From Takakia lepidozioides (taxonomy: Eukaryota; Plantae; Bryophyta): a DNA stretch of 64,000 nucleotides. Each line of letters opens with the position of its first letter. The stretch's first letter is position 1. A program made the translations under genes and the position numbers. Under the pieces are notes generated by a model. The model was not told the origin of the DNA. It did no database searches and saw only the letters and a program-made list of their open reading frames with translations. Shown here in pieces: positions 24,451 through 35,736 of this stretch. The stretch is taken from contig CM060733.1 of the NCBI GenBank assembly GCA_030704615.1, forward strand, positions 5,766,001-5,830,000, read 5' to 3'.

Positions 24451-27400
24451 TCATTGGCTCGTGCATGGCTGAGCAACGGAGATTGCAAGCATTGATGGCT
24501 ATTTCTGCACTCCCATTGGATAGTGCATCCTCCCTGCCAACCGGGACGGTTGAGGCAGTGAGTGGGGGCGAACACAGGATCGTGGGTTGCAAACACCCAT
24601 GGCAGATGTGGGATGAGATGCGCAAAGAGAGAGTCATTGGATCTCTCAAGGAGCAGTATGAGGAGTGGGGAGAGCCATGGACTGAGGATCAGTTGGAGGC
24701 CAAGGTCGACAAGGTTTTTGAAGAGGTTGAGAATATTTCTTGCTCAGAGGATGTTCTCAAGGTGGCTATGGCGGAGCAAGTGGAGGCTACGCCACAGTCA
24801 GATTGGGCGGACAAGGCCCAAGAGGTTGCTATCTAGCAACCAAAAGATTCATCTTCTACCTCCAAGCCTGGTGCACCCAAGGTTGCAGTCACTGAGGACA
24901 ATTGGGAACCAGATGTTGGACCTATAGTCACCGGAGGAGAGAGACGGAGGATCCAGCGATTTCTAAGGGCTTATAGAAATTGTTTTGCCTTCGGTTTGAA
25001 GGATTTGGGGAGTTTGAAGGGTCAGGAGATTCGTATTGATTTGGCAAGTGACACGCCAATCTTTCGAAGGTCCTACCGGTATAGTGACATGGAGAGGTCA
25101 TTGATCCAGTCACAGACTATGGAATTGTTCGAAGCTGGATTGGTGGAGTTGTCAGGCGGGGAGTATGCCTCGGCAACGGTGATGCCAACTAAGAAGGATA
25201 TCTATGGCAATTGGACAGAAAGAAGGATGTGTGGGGACTATCGTCCTGTGAACCGTCAGACTAAGTCCGATAGATATGCCATGCCAACTCCAGAGGAGAT
25301 CTTTGATGTCATTGGGCATGCAAAGGTGTTTAGCACATTGGATTTGCGATCCGGTTACCACCAGTTGCCAATCAAAGAGGCTGACAAGCAAAAGACAACA
25401 TTCTGGGGAATTGACCAACATGGGAAGGATTGTTTGTACCAATGGCGGTTCTTACCGTTTGGGTTGAAGAATGCTCCTGCAGAGTTTCAGAGGGTCATGG
25501 ATAGGATTCTCGCGGGGCTAGACTGCTATATTGATGACATCATCATCTTAAGTGCTACGGTTGAGGAGCATGAGAGACACCTTAAGATGGTGTTTGAGCG
25601 CTTGAGAGCGCACGGGTTGAAACTGCACCCCGGAAAGTACAAGTTCTTCCACAATCAGATTGAGTATCTGGGCCACATGATATACCCTGGAGGATTGGGT
25701 GTTCAACAGACAAAGGTGGAGGCCATTGCATGCATTCCACGCCCCATGGAGTTCGTGCTTTCATGGGATTGGCAAACTATTATCGACGGTTTGACAAGGG
25801 ATTTAGCAGCATTGCAAAGGCTCTTACCAAGTTGACCAAGGTGGGTCAGGAGTGGCAGGAGGAAGCCTTTGATGAACTCAAGGCTCGATTGACATATTCT
25901 GAGGCGGCCTATTCGGGGGCGGCCTTTCCAGCTACATATGGATTGGAGTATGCTGGGGATTGAAGCAGTGCTCACACAGGTGGATGATGAGGGAAGAGAG
26001 TTCGTAGTGGCATATGCTAGTCGCTCGAACAATGATGTCGAGACAAAGTATAGTTCCTATGAAGGGGAGTGTCTAGCTGAGGTATGGGTAGTGACACATT
26101 TCAGATGCTATCTCTATGGAAATCTCTTCACCCTTGTCACGGATCACCAACCATTGAAGTGGTTGATGGAGTCAGACAAGCTTACATGGAAGCTTGCACG
26201 GTGGGCACTTATGCTTCAAGAGTACGACTTCTAGGTGGTGCTCGAGCCGGTATTTGTCAATCGGGATGCAAATGGATTGAGTCGTAATCTATGCACGAGC
26301 GAGCATGATGATACTGGAGCTCGGTGGCATGGTGAGACGGATGAGGAGATGGTGCCAGGATGGCATGCATCGGTCTTTTTGTGCATTCTAGCAATGAGAA
26401 CTCAAACTGGTCAATCCCATACGATTGGTCATGTAGATAGCGTGCATGACAATCCAGAGACTAGTGAGGAGTTTGGTGGTGCTAAGGATGTGCATGAAGA
26501 TGCAGCAGTGTTGACATACCTTCGTACCGGAGAGACAATAACTGGTGTGATTGCTAAGGAGACAGATCGGGTCCTACAATGAACCAAAGTGGGAGGGGAC
26601 TCACCTACTCTGGGTATGGGAGGATGGACGAGTTAGGATTGTGTCTCATCCAACACAACGAGCGTGATTGGTACGCCATGCCCATGAGGAGTTGGGACAT
26701 TTTGGGATGTAGCGCACTCATAGTTTGCTGCAAGGGCAGTATTGGTGGCGGGGCATGCACACGGATGTGCAACAGTTAGTGGCAAGGTGCATGGTGTGTG
26801 ATAGAGTGCGCTTCTTTCAACGCCCCTACTCCACAATTGCATCATTTACCCATTATGGGTTTGGGCTATCATTGGAGTCTTGACTTTGCAGGCCCATTGC
26901 CATTGACGATTCGCCATAACAAGTATGTGCTGGTGATGGTGGAACACTTCTCCAAATGGATTGAACTGGTGGCATTGCCTGACAAGGCAAGTGAGGGGGC
27001 TGCGTATGCATTCTTAGATCGAGTGCTATTTTGGTGCTCCAGCTGAGGTACTCACGGACCAGGGGAGAGAGTTCTTGGGGGAGTTTCAGACTTTGTGTGA
27101 GCAAGCCTTGATAAATCACCGCACTGCTTCTCAGGATCATCCCGAAGCTGATGGCTTGGCGGAGAGAGTTGTTCAGACAGTCAAGAGAGGTTTGCGCAAG
27201 TACGGTTTACAGAAGGGACACCTAGGAGATTGGGACCTTCAGCTGCCTTGGTTAGCTATGGGCTATAGGTTCAGCAAACAAGCTTCATTTGCCTCCTTCT
27301 CACCTTACTTTCTTCTCTTCGGCCGAGAGCCGGATTTGCCTGCATCTATTTGCAGGGAGGCTGCAGTAGTATTCAACCTTGATGATCCGGATGTGTGAAC

Positions 27401-27773
27401 ACAAGCATGTGCCCAACGAGCAAAATTGTTCAAGAAAGTCATGCCTATGGCTTTTGAGAACCTTGCTATTGCCCAACACCGAGACACATTGAGATACGCC
27501 ACTATACGTGGAGGGGGATATCGGCCAAGTGTTCGGCGTTTCCACCCTGGGGACTATGTGTATCTGCAGCAGACAGCGCCTACAACCTTGGATGTTACAG
27601 CAGGACGTATGATTCTAAGGGTCATGGAGGTGTTGCCTTTAGGAGTGTTGATTCTGGAGGGTCGAGATGGCATGGTATGGAAGGACCATTTGCGCAATTG
27701 TGCGCCATGTCACCTTCCACATGTGGATGGGAGGATAGATCCCAACCTTGCAGTGGTACCTGCAAGGTTGCGT

Positions 27774-27923
27774 TGCATGCTATGTGGGCATGCTGGTGGC
27801 GCCGCAACCATGTTGGTGTGTGACGAATGCTCAAGGGGATGGCACATGGGATGCTTGACACCGCCACTTGAGGAGATTCCTATCGGAGAATGGTTGTGTC
27901 CACGATGCCTTGGACAGAGGTAG
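27774..27923 (+). other. PHD zinc finger (C4-H-C3) at the integrase C-terminus
   Basis: CMLC-x8-LVCDEC-SRGW-H-MG-C-LTPPLEEIPIGEW-LCPRC, followed by a stop at 27921-27923. Confidence 0.92.
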
Positions 27924-28179
27924 TGGGCATGACAATGGTGAGGCGGACAAATGATCCAAGGTCTAGCTAGTGGGGCTTCAATGCCATGGATACTCAATTG
28001 AAGATCATGGATTGCATGAAGGCGACTAACGATGGGGCTACGTTTGCACCTGGCCTCTTGATCTATCGACTTCGGTGTTGGGACTTGTGCGATTGAAGAC
28101 CAAACGATGATCTTATTGGGGTGGATACTCGCAAGCTATCCGGTGTTAGAGGGACCTAATCACCAGCTAGGGGGGCGAT

Positions 28180-28701
28180 TATGGCGTGGCTTTCTAGGAC
28201 TATATGCTAGGAAGTGTGGTTGGACAGCGATGTATGTTGTGGCACAATGCTTAGGTGCACGACAGCTGTCATGGTTTTGTTTGTGATTAGTTAGAAATAA
28301 TTATTTCTAGCTAATTAGGACATTATACATTTATATTTGTATTTTGTTGGCATTGGGACTTCATTTGGTTCCATGTGCCAAGTGAGGTGGCGAACCTCAC
28401 TTGGGACGTGGGGAGGTTATCTCCACGTGAGACGTAGGCAGCCTCGTCTTCTTCTAGTCGAGCCTCCCGAGGCCTCTCTCGCCGCCATAGCTCTAGTACT
28501 TGAGATGGAGAGTGGGTGAGGTCTGTATGGTGGAGTCATTTAGCAAAGGTGCCATTGGCTTGACTTATATATCGTGATAGAGTGGTTTCTCCTCTTTTCA
28601 CCATTTCCGTATCTATTGTGGCGTGGCTTTCTAGGACTATATGCTAGGAAGTGTGGTTGGACAGCGATGTATGTTGTGGCACGATGCTTAGGTGCACGAC
28701 A
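28180..28701 (+). repeat. Putative 3' LTR of Gypsy B (522 bp) with an 85-bp direct repeat at both ends
   Basis: Follows the purine tract and ends ...GCACGACA. 28180-28264 and 28617-28701 are near-identical (2 mismatches seen). Confidence 0.7.
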
Positions 28702-28719
28702 ATTTCATTTTTTTCGATA

Positions 28720-28960
28720 AGGGTTTTGAAGTTGTTATGAAGAGCGTTAATGATATCATTATAAATACCGCCTTTGGTTACAGCTGTGTAACCATTAGGG
28801 GACTAGTGTTCCATCTCTGTTGTCTGAGTACTAGAATGAGAGGGGAGTATTTTACGCGTTCATTTAGGATGGCTGTATTGGGGTATCGGTCATGGCAATA
28901 GGTAAATTCAATAAGGTGGATGATAAGATTGCCGGCGATCACATTGGCATGGAAGAAGCC
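28720..28960 (-). mobile_element. Non-LTR retrotransposon C-terminal fragment, possibly a restriction-like endonuclease
   Basis: The minus strand reads IIHLIEFTYCHDRYP...VKYSPLILVLRQQRWNTSPLMVT, then after a frameshift GGIY. Confidence 0.5.
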
Positions 28961-29044
28961 ATGGTTAGAGTGGTATAATCTAAGGGCCGTACTTAGTAGG
29001 AGCCGACGCTGACGAGGCGCAACTCATTAAGTTTTTTTTTAATA

Positions 29045-29630
29045 TTTTTAATGTTCCAAAAGAGATAAGGAAGAAATTGGATGCAAAAGCAATCAAGTGT
29101 ATCTTCATTGCTTATTGTGAAGAGACCAAAGGGTATAAATTGTATAACCCTGAGAGCAAGTATGTAATCATCAATCATGATGTTATATTCAATGAGTCCA
29201 GGAACTTTCATCAGGAAACAGTAGCTCCAAGTTTGGACCATGAAAAAGAGAACTTGGCTGTAACTCATGAAGATAAAATGGAAGAGGAGATTGTTGAGGA
29301 GATTGTTGAGGATCAGATGGAGTCTTGTTAAACTTATGGACGGCAGTCTTTTGGTTGCACATGGACTTTCAAAAAGTTAACTGCAATGTAGATGGTTCTG
29401 TAGCAAGGCACAAAGCTCATTTGGTTGCAAAGGGGTTTTCACAAATTGAAGGTATGGATTACATAAAACCTTCTCCCCTGTTGCACGGATAGAATCAATT
29501 CGAGTGATTCTTGCATTTGATGCCGTTGAAAATCTTGAGGTACATCAGATAGATGTATATATAGCTTTTCTCAATGGAGATCTTATGGAGGAAATATGCA
29601 TGGACCTTCAATTATAAGGGATTTACCTTT
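29045..29630 (+). mobile_element. Ty1/Copia pol fragment (integrase C-terminal region to RT)
   Basis: KLDAKAIKCIFIAYCEETKGYKLYNP...HDVIFNE; KAHLVAKGFSQIEGMDY; FSPVARIESIRV; HQIDV..AFLNGDL. Confidence 0.85.
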
Positions 29631-29635
29631 GTTGG

Positions 29636-32600
29636 TGTTGGAATTCGACAGAGAATAGAGATAAAAGATGAATTGATTGTTGAGAACTCTCCACCCAACT
29701 ATGGGACCACAACAAGTTGTGTGTTCACCCTCCGAACTCTTCCTATTTATACTCAAAGTCTAATCTAGGAATAGCTGAGATAACTATAGCATAACTCCAT
29801 GCTTTTACTTAAGTTATCTTCACCTGCTATTCTGGTACACTAACTAATAATTGAAGCTAACTTTAGCTATCTTTTAGCTAACTAAGGCTTATCTCTATTG
29901 TTAATTATGACTTGTCAGCTCTGCTATTATTAAGGTCTAACTTGTCATCACAGTAACTCTGAGTAGCAGTAACTTGGTAAGGAGTTGATTTCCAACAGCC
30001 CCACTCAACGAGTTACCAAGTTAAACACTTAACTACTCACATCAAGCCTCAAAAAGCGTTCATGCTTTTCAGCACTAAGCCATTCTGTTAGTATGTCTGC
30101 AACCATGTTGTTGGTGTTGCAATATACCGGAGAAAAATTGGGGGATAAATTATCATGTTTTGACTTCTTCCAAATACACCCATGGTCATGTTTGTTTTTT
30201 AATTCCGCTGGTAAGTAAGTGCACAGTAACCGTCATTTCATTGTGCATTGTCCAAAAAAATTGACCCTAGATGTTATGTACAAGATTGAGAGGAGGATTG
30301 AGAGAGATTGAGAGAGATTGAGAGGGGGCCGGGTGCTCCAGCCGCGGCGCCCCAGTGTGGTTACCTCGCCGGAAAACGCCGTTCGGCGCCATCGCGAAGG
30401 GGAGAAGGAGCTGGCCTTGGCGCGCAGGATAGGGGGAGAAGGTGCTGCCAGCCGCGGCCGTCGCAGCTGGTTGGTTCAAGCGACCCATTTTTATTTATTT
30501 ATTTATTTTTTGGATTTTTGGGTTTTGGTTCTTAGGGTTTGTAGGGTTACATAGTTTAGTTTAGTTTAGTTAGGGTTTAGTTTTATAGTTTGGTTCTTGA
30601 GGGTCAGCCCTTTCTTTTTTGGGGTCTCATTTATTGCGTGATCTTTGCAATGGACCCTAATATGGGGTCGCGGACTGTTTTTGATGGAGGATCTAGTTTT
30701 GGAGAGAGGAGACGATTCTGTGGATTTGTTCCCCTATTTTGGGCCGTAGGTCAATGGTGCTCAACGGATTTCCGTGGCCCCTGGCCTTTTGGAAAATTCT
30801 AGAGAGAAAAACTTATATTGGCTCCTCTTTATTCTAACTAAAAGACTACTTGACCCTGGAATTTTGGAAAATTCTAGACAACAGACTTATATTGGCTCCT
30901 TTTTATTCTAACGAAGAGACTACACATCCGTGTCAAAAATCAGGCAAGACACATGTCACACACAACATTATGCGTTTATGGGAGGCCTTTCCAGCACATT
31001 AGGGATTTGGGTGCCTATTTGTTACGTGTCAGTGTCTGATTAGAACAACAAAGCAAAATGGAGCATTATGGACCATAATCGATACTTATAGCGCATTATG
31101 TCCGTTATGTGCAGACTGATGTGGACAGGGTAACTGAATCGGAATATAATTAATATTACTAGTCTAAAAATTGACTGAACACTTAAACGCCCATTAGGCC
31201 CAAACGGGCTTCGGGGCCTATTTAAATGTAAATTGTTTTTTCAAATCCGATTCAATTTTTATGGAATTGGTGACATAGAGTGCCCCTGTCGTGCATTTTG
31301 CCAAGATTGGGTAAGGTAGTGATATCTAGAAGTGTGCATTTAAGTAGTGCGAACTGCTCAGAGGGTGTAGTGTCACAAAAATTACATGAGCAGAATAGCA
31401 AATGAAGCAACAATCACTTGTGCAAAGCACATAATTTTCCAATCACAGATGTATTATATATGAATTATCAAAATCAAAGTACATATTATCCCGCTTCTGC
31501 TCAGTAGGTCCCTCCTGTAATGCCATATATTCATCCCTGATATGCGCCTAAAGGTGCCTAAGTGCACAAGGTGTGCACCTACACCTTTTCCAAAGAATTA
31601 CCAAAACCAAGCCCTGTGTGGGCCCAGAAGTACATGCCTCTCAACACAGAATTGAGCACCACTGTCCCAAAAGACCAGCCTCCACTTTAAAAAAGGAATG
31701 GGTAATTTGAAATGAGATCACTGGTTGTGTAGTTAGCTTTACTAATCCACCATTAATTAAGCCCCTCGTACTCCAAAAACACTCCATACTGTACCCCAAT
31801 CCAAAGCAGTAATTAACCTTGAATTGCCTCCATTGCAAAAGTGCACAGTATTGGGATGAAAGCAGTGACTTTATTCATAAAAAATAGGGAACAGAATAAG
31901 GTAACGCACACCTCTAGATGTCACTACCTTAACTGATTTCTTAAATTTGATTTAAAGCAAAGTTGTCTCATCACAAAAGCAAAGAGGTCAGGTTTTGATG
32001 AAGATAATTCTCTCTTTTTCATGCTAAGATTTTTTCATACTTGTGTGTGTGAGGATTAATATTGTTAGGGGATTTACATACATTTCATAAAAGTCCGCTC
32101 ATATACAAGCATCATCGACAATGAGAAGCTGATCATCTTCCTTCATCTTGGCCAAAAAGGTGCATCCAACCCTAAAATTGATCCCAATGCGGATCTAATT
32201 CACATTGCACACACCTACCCCTTCTGGCTCGCGCATAACCACCCCAGATCTCCCTGAATCTAGGCGTATCCGCAATCTAATATCATCCTTACACAAAAAG
32301 CATACGGGTCACAACCTCATTCGCATACACCAAGACCCACATCCAAGAGTGGGTTCAATCATTATACTCATTAACCATAAGCTCTCTAACTAATTCTGGC
32401 ATACCAAAGCTGTCACTACAAACGCTCAAAATAGACAAACCCTTAAATTTCGACACGCAGAATACATGGGTAACCAGCGTAAACACCTTTTCTAGCCACA
32501 CATATATCCCTCACCATGCTACCCTATATGCACTTTCCCCATCAACCAGGAATACATGGCCACACCTGCTCATTTGCACACCCGGTTATGCACGGACTAA

Positions 32601-34991
32601 GGATTACCAGACACAACATGACATCAAAAAATGGTTTTCACGACATAAGTCATGGATTTCAAGCATTGATCATAAAACGTCATACATATGACTATGTCAT
32701 TGACTATGTCATTTGAAAAGTCACAACCATGATTTCAAAAAGATAGTGTACTCATGGATGAAGGCACGGTATTCCACACCGTGCCACGTGTTGAGATGCT
32801 ATCCATCAAGTTTTTTATATTGTCGTGCGCATACATAACGCATATTTTATTTGTATTCTATTATTTTAGATTCAAAAAATTATATTAAAAATCATGCAAG
32901 CTGAGCCATGTAAGCGCCGCGCCGCGCCACGTGGTGAGAATCAGTTCATCATTTTAAATTATAAAATTTTAAATTCAAAAATATGAAAAATCATGCACGC
33001 AATGCCATGTGGCACCGTGCCACTCCATGCTGGACCACGTAACACAATGCATTTTTTAAGGTCAGTTGATGTATATGATATGTATGTTGTCATTTATATA
33101 TAATAAAAATATATCTTATACACATAGATAGCTAATGGCTCTACTAGTGAGTGTGTAGTGAATTATATGTGTGATATTGAATTGGTCAAGGTTCAAACTC
33201 CGCATATAATTAGATAAGTAATTATGATCAGTAAGTTATAAATGATTAATATGTGGGGGATTCTAGATGGTTGACACGTGATTGCAATGATTGTTTCTTA
33301 AAAAAACTAAAGTCTAGCCAAGTAGCGCGGTGCGGTTTGTTATATAGAATAATACAAAAGCAATACAACCAAACACTCACAAATGATCACTTGAGGGTTT
33401 CTCACCTTTCCAAACATTTTTAGGTGTATTTGCAGATATTGCCTTATTAGGAAGTCGATTACGGAGATATGCTTCAGTTGCCATTGCTTCTGTCCAGAAA
33501 CGTGGTCCAACCTCATGTGTTGCAACATACACCTCACACTTTCAACAAGCGTTTGATTCTTCCTCTCTGCAACTCCATTATGCTTTAGCGTATATGGTGT
33601 GATTGATTGTTTCATAATACCATTTTCTTTACAGAATTGATTAAAATTCCTGGAGATGTACTCACCACCATCACGCCGAAGTGTTTTGATCTTTTCTCCG
33701 GTTTGATTCTTCACCAAAGCTTTGAATGCTTTGAACCTATCGAGAACTCCAAACTTATTTTACATCATGTTACAAATAAATATTTTCTTGGAAACTCATC
33801 AGTGAAGGTCAAGAAATACTTTGCACCTCCATGAAATTCAGACGACATATGACCACATAGATCAGTATGCACTAGCTCAAGAACCTTTTTTGTTCGAGAG
33901 CTTCCATCTTTGAAAATATGTTTACCATACACACATCCGTCACAAAAAACTCAAGACCGATCTCCTGTAAGATCCATTCGTTCAACCAGGTTGTTAGCTG
34001 ACATGAGTGCCTGCAAACTTTGCATTGAGACATGTCCAAGTATCTGATGCCTGATGTCACTCTACTTGAGAGTGTATTACAATCCACATGTAAACCGCGG
34101 ACTGCCCCAACCAGGTAGTTGCATCTTGAACTACCTCAGCTTAACCAACAATGACTGGTAGAAACCTCAACCGTAAGACCTTGCTCAATTAGCTGACTAA
34201 CTGACAAGAGGTTCTTTGTCAATGGATACGATTGACGACATGCTTTCTTTCAAAACTGACAAATAGATTGGTCCTTACTTCTCTAGCAGTTTTAGCATGT
34301 GCAATATGATGAAGTATTGAATCTGCTATATTCAACAACATGGTTCCTCGAGCTAACTTATCTTTCTTCGCAAAAAGTTGTTGCTCAGGAGTCAACCCTG
34401 TGGCCCCCCTGCGGCTATGATCTCTCCATCTTTAGGCTACGCTTGAACTGGTGCAACCGCTGCTCCTGATGTTATCTCAGGACTACAGATCATTCTCATG
34501 AAGAATGAACTTCATCTTAATTTTCCATGTATGAAAATTGTGACCATCTAACCTCGGGTATGATCAGCAGAAGATGTCATGATGATAGTTTGATGTTTTG
34601 CCAAGTACAAAACACCCTCAAATTTTCAGATCTAAACACCAAGCACTCAAGCCTATAGGTTGTGGATCAAATACTCATCTCCCTCTATCTCTTACACAAA
34701 ACCTTGCTCTGATACCATGTTGGAATTCGACAAAGATTAGAGATGAAAGATGAATTGATTACTGAGAACTCTCCACCCAACCATAGGACCATAACAAGAT
34801 GTGTGTCCACTCTTCGAGCCAGGAATAGCTGAGATAACTATAGCATAATTTCATGTTTTTACTTAAGTTAACTTTAGCTATCTTCAAGCTAACGGAGGCT
34901 TATCTTTATTGTTAACTGTGACTTGTCAGCACTGCTATTATTGAAGGTAACTTTGAGTAGTAGTAACTTGGTAAGGATTTGATTTCCAACA
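29636..34991 (-). mobile_element. Ty1/Copia element with two LTRs, interrupted by ~3.2 kb of unrelated inserts
   Basis: Homologous TGTTGGAA...TTCCAACA LTRs at 29636-29997 and 34718-34991. PBS TGGTATCAGAGC (tRNA-iMet type) at 34717-34706. Integrase (IKTLRRDGGEY...NGVAERKNQTLVE) 33900-33340, RNase H end (NMVADILT) 30130-30050, purine tract near 29998-30008. The 5-bp flanks GTTGG and GGTAG do not match exactly. Confidence 0.8.
30778..30923. repeat. ~72 bp tandem duplication
   Basis: CCCTGG..TTTTGGAAAATTCTAGA...ACTTATATTGGCTCCT...TTATTCTAAC...AGACTAC occurs twice. Confidence 0.8.
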
Positions 34992-35736
34992 GGTAGCTCT
35001 CTTAGAGAGAGACTTTGCGGAGACAATGCAAGGCAATGGACAAAATATGGTGAAAATACCTTACACCGTCGAGGCGCTGATTGGTGTGTTGTGCTGAGTC
35101 ATGCTCCCTTAGTCTTACCTTCCTCTTATGTTGTGCCAAAGCAAAGCAAGAGAGCCAAATTGGCATTGGAGGCTTGTGAAAAATCAATACCTTCTCCTGG
35201 CGGAAGACGCCCAAGGCCTTACACAGACTTTGGGGGGGGGGGTGTGTGGTGAAGGGGCAGGTTGGTCTTTAATGCGGCTGAAGGGCAGGTGATGAGAGAC
35301 CCTTCCAACGTTTAAGAATGAGTGACTGAAGGCGATAAGATGGTGCATATGCAGAAAAACCCTGTGGCCGATACTACAAACTCCTACCGTCTTAAGGAAA
35401 TTTTCAGGCCCTCAAAAGACTTTTACAACATTCAATTCTATTCTATTGGTGCAGTTTGTGAGAGGAAACATGGGAGTATTAACTTAACATTTACGTATCC
35501 ATCTTGATTTTCAAAAATATATATCACCAAGGAATGATCGACAAGTGTGATGTGGTCTGAGACTCCAGAACCACCTCTAAATAAAGTTGGAACAAAACCA
35601 TTAAAATCACGTCATGAAGTAAATTAAGAAAATACAGTGTAAACCCAAATATCTTCATTCTCTCCCTTAAAAAGTGGTGCAATGGCCCCAGCTCTAGTGT
35701 CTGCAACTCAAAAGGCTCAAGTAATAGGCGCGATCG

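Larger units (their letters stand above)
22905..28701 (+). mobile_element. Ty3/Gypsy relic B: protease C-half, C5 DNA methyltransferase, RT, RNase H, integrase, PHD finger, PPT and 3' LTR
   Basis: YDVLVGG protease end; DNMT 23520-24450; RT CGDYRPVN, LDLRSGYHQ, LPFGLKNAP, YIDD; RNase H VAYASRS...LVTDHQPLKWL; integrase HHCC, DFAGP, TDQG, GLAERVVQ; PHD 27774-27909; purine tract at 28169-28175; LTR 28180-28701. Several stops and frameshifts. Confidence 0.93.

Noticed and set aside
23520-24836. Host DNMT3/DRM gene, or a bacterial contaminant methyltransferase
   Set aside because: It is intronless, in frame with Gypsy RT, flanked by protease sequence, and decayed like the rest of the element.
31450-32650. 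Possible DNA transposase and LINE endonuclease fragments
   Set aside because: Weak resemblance only; too degenerate to call by eye.
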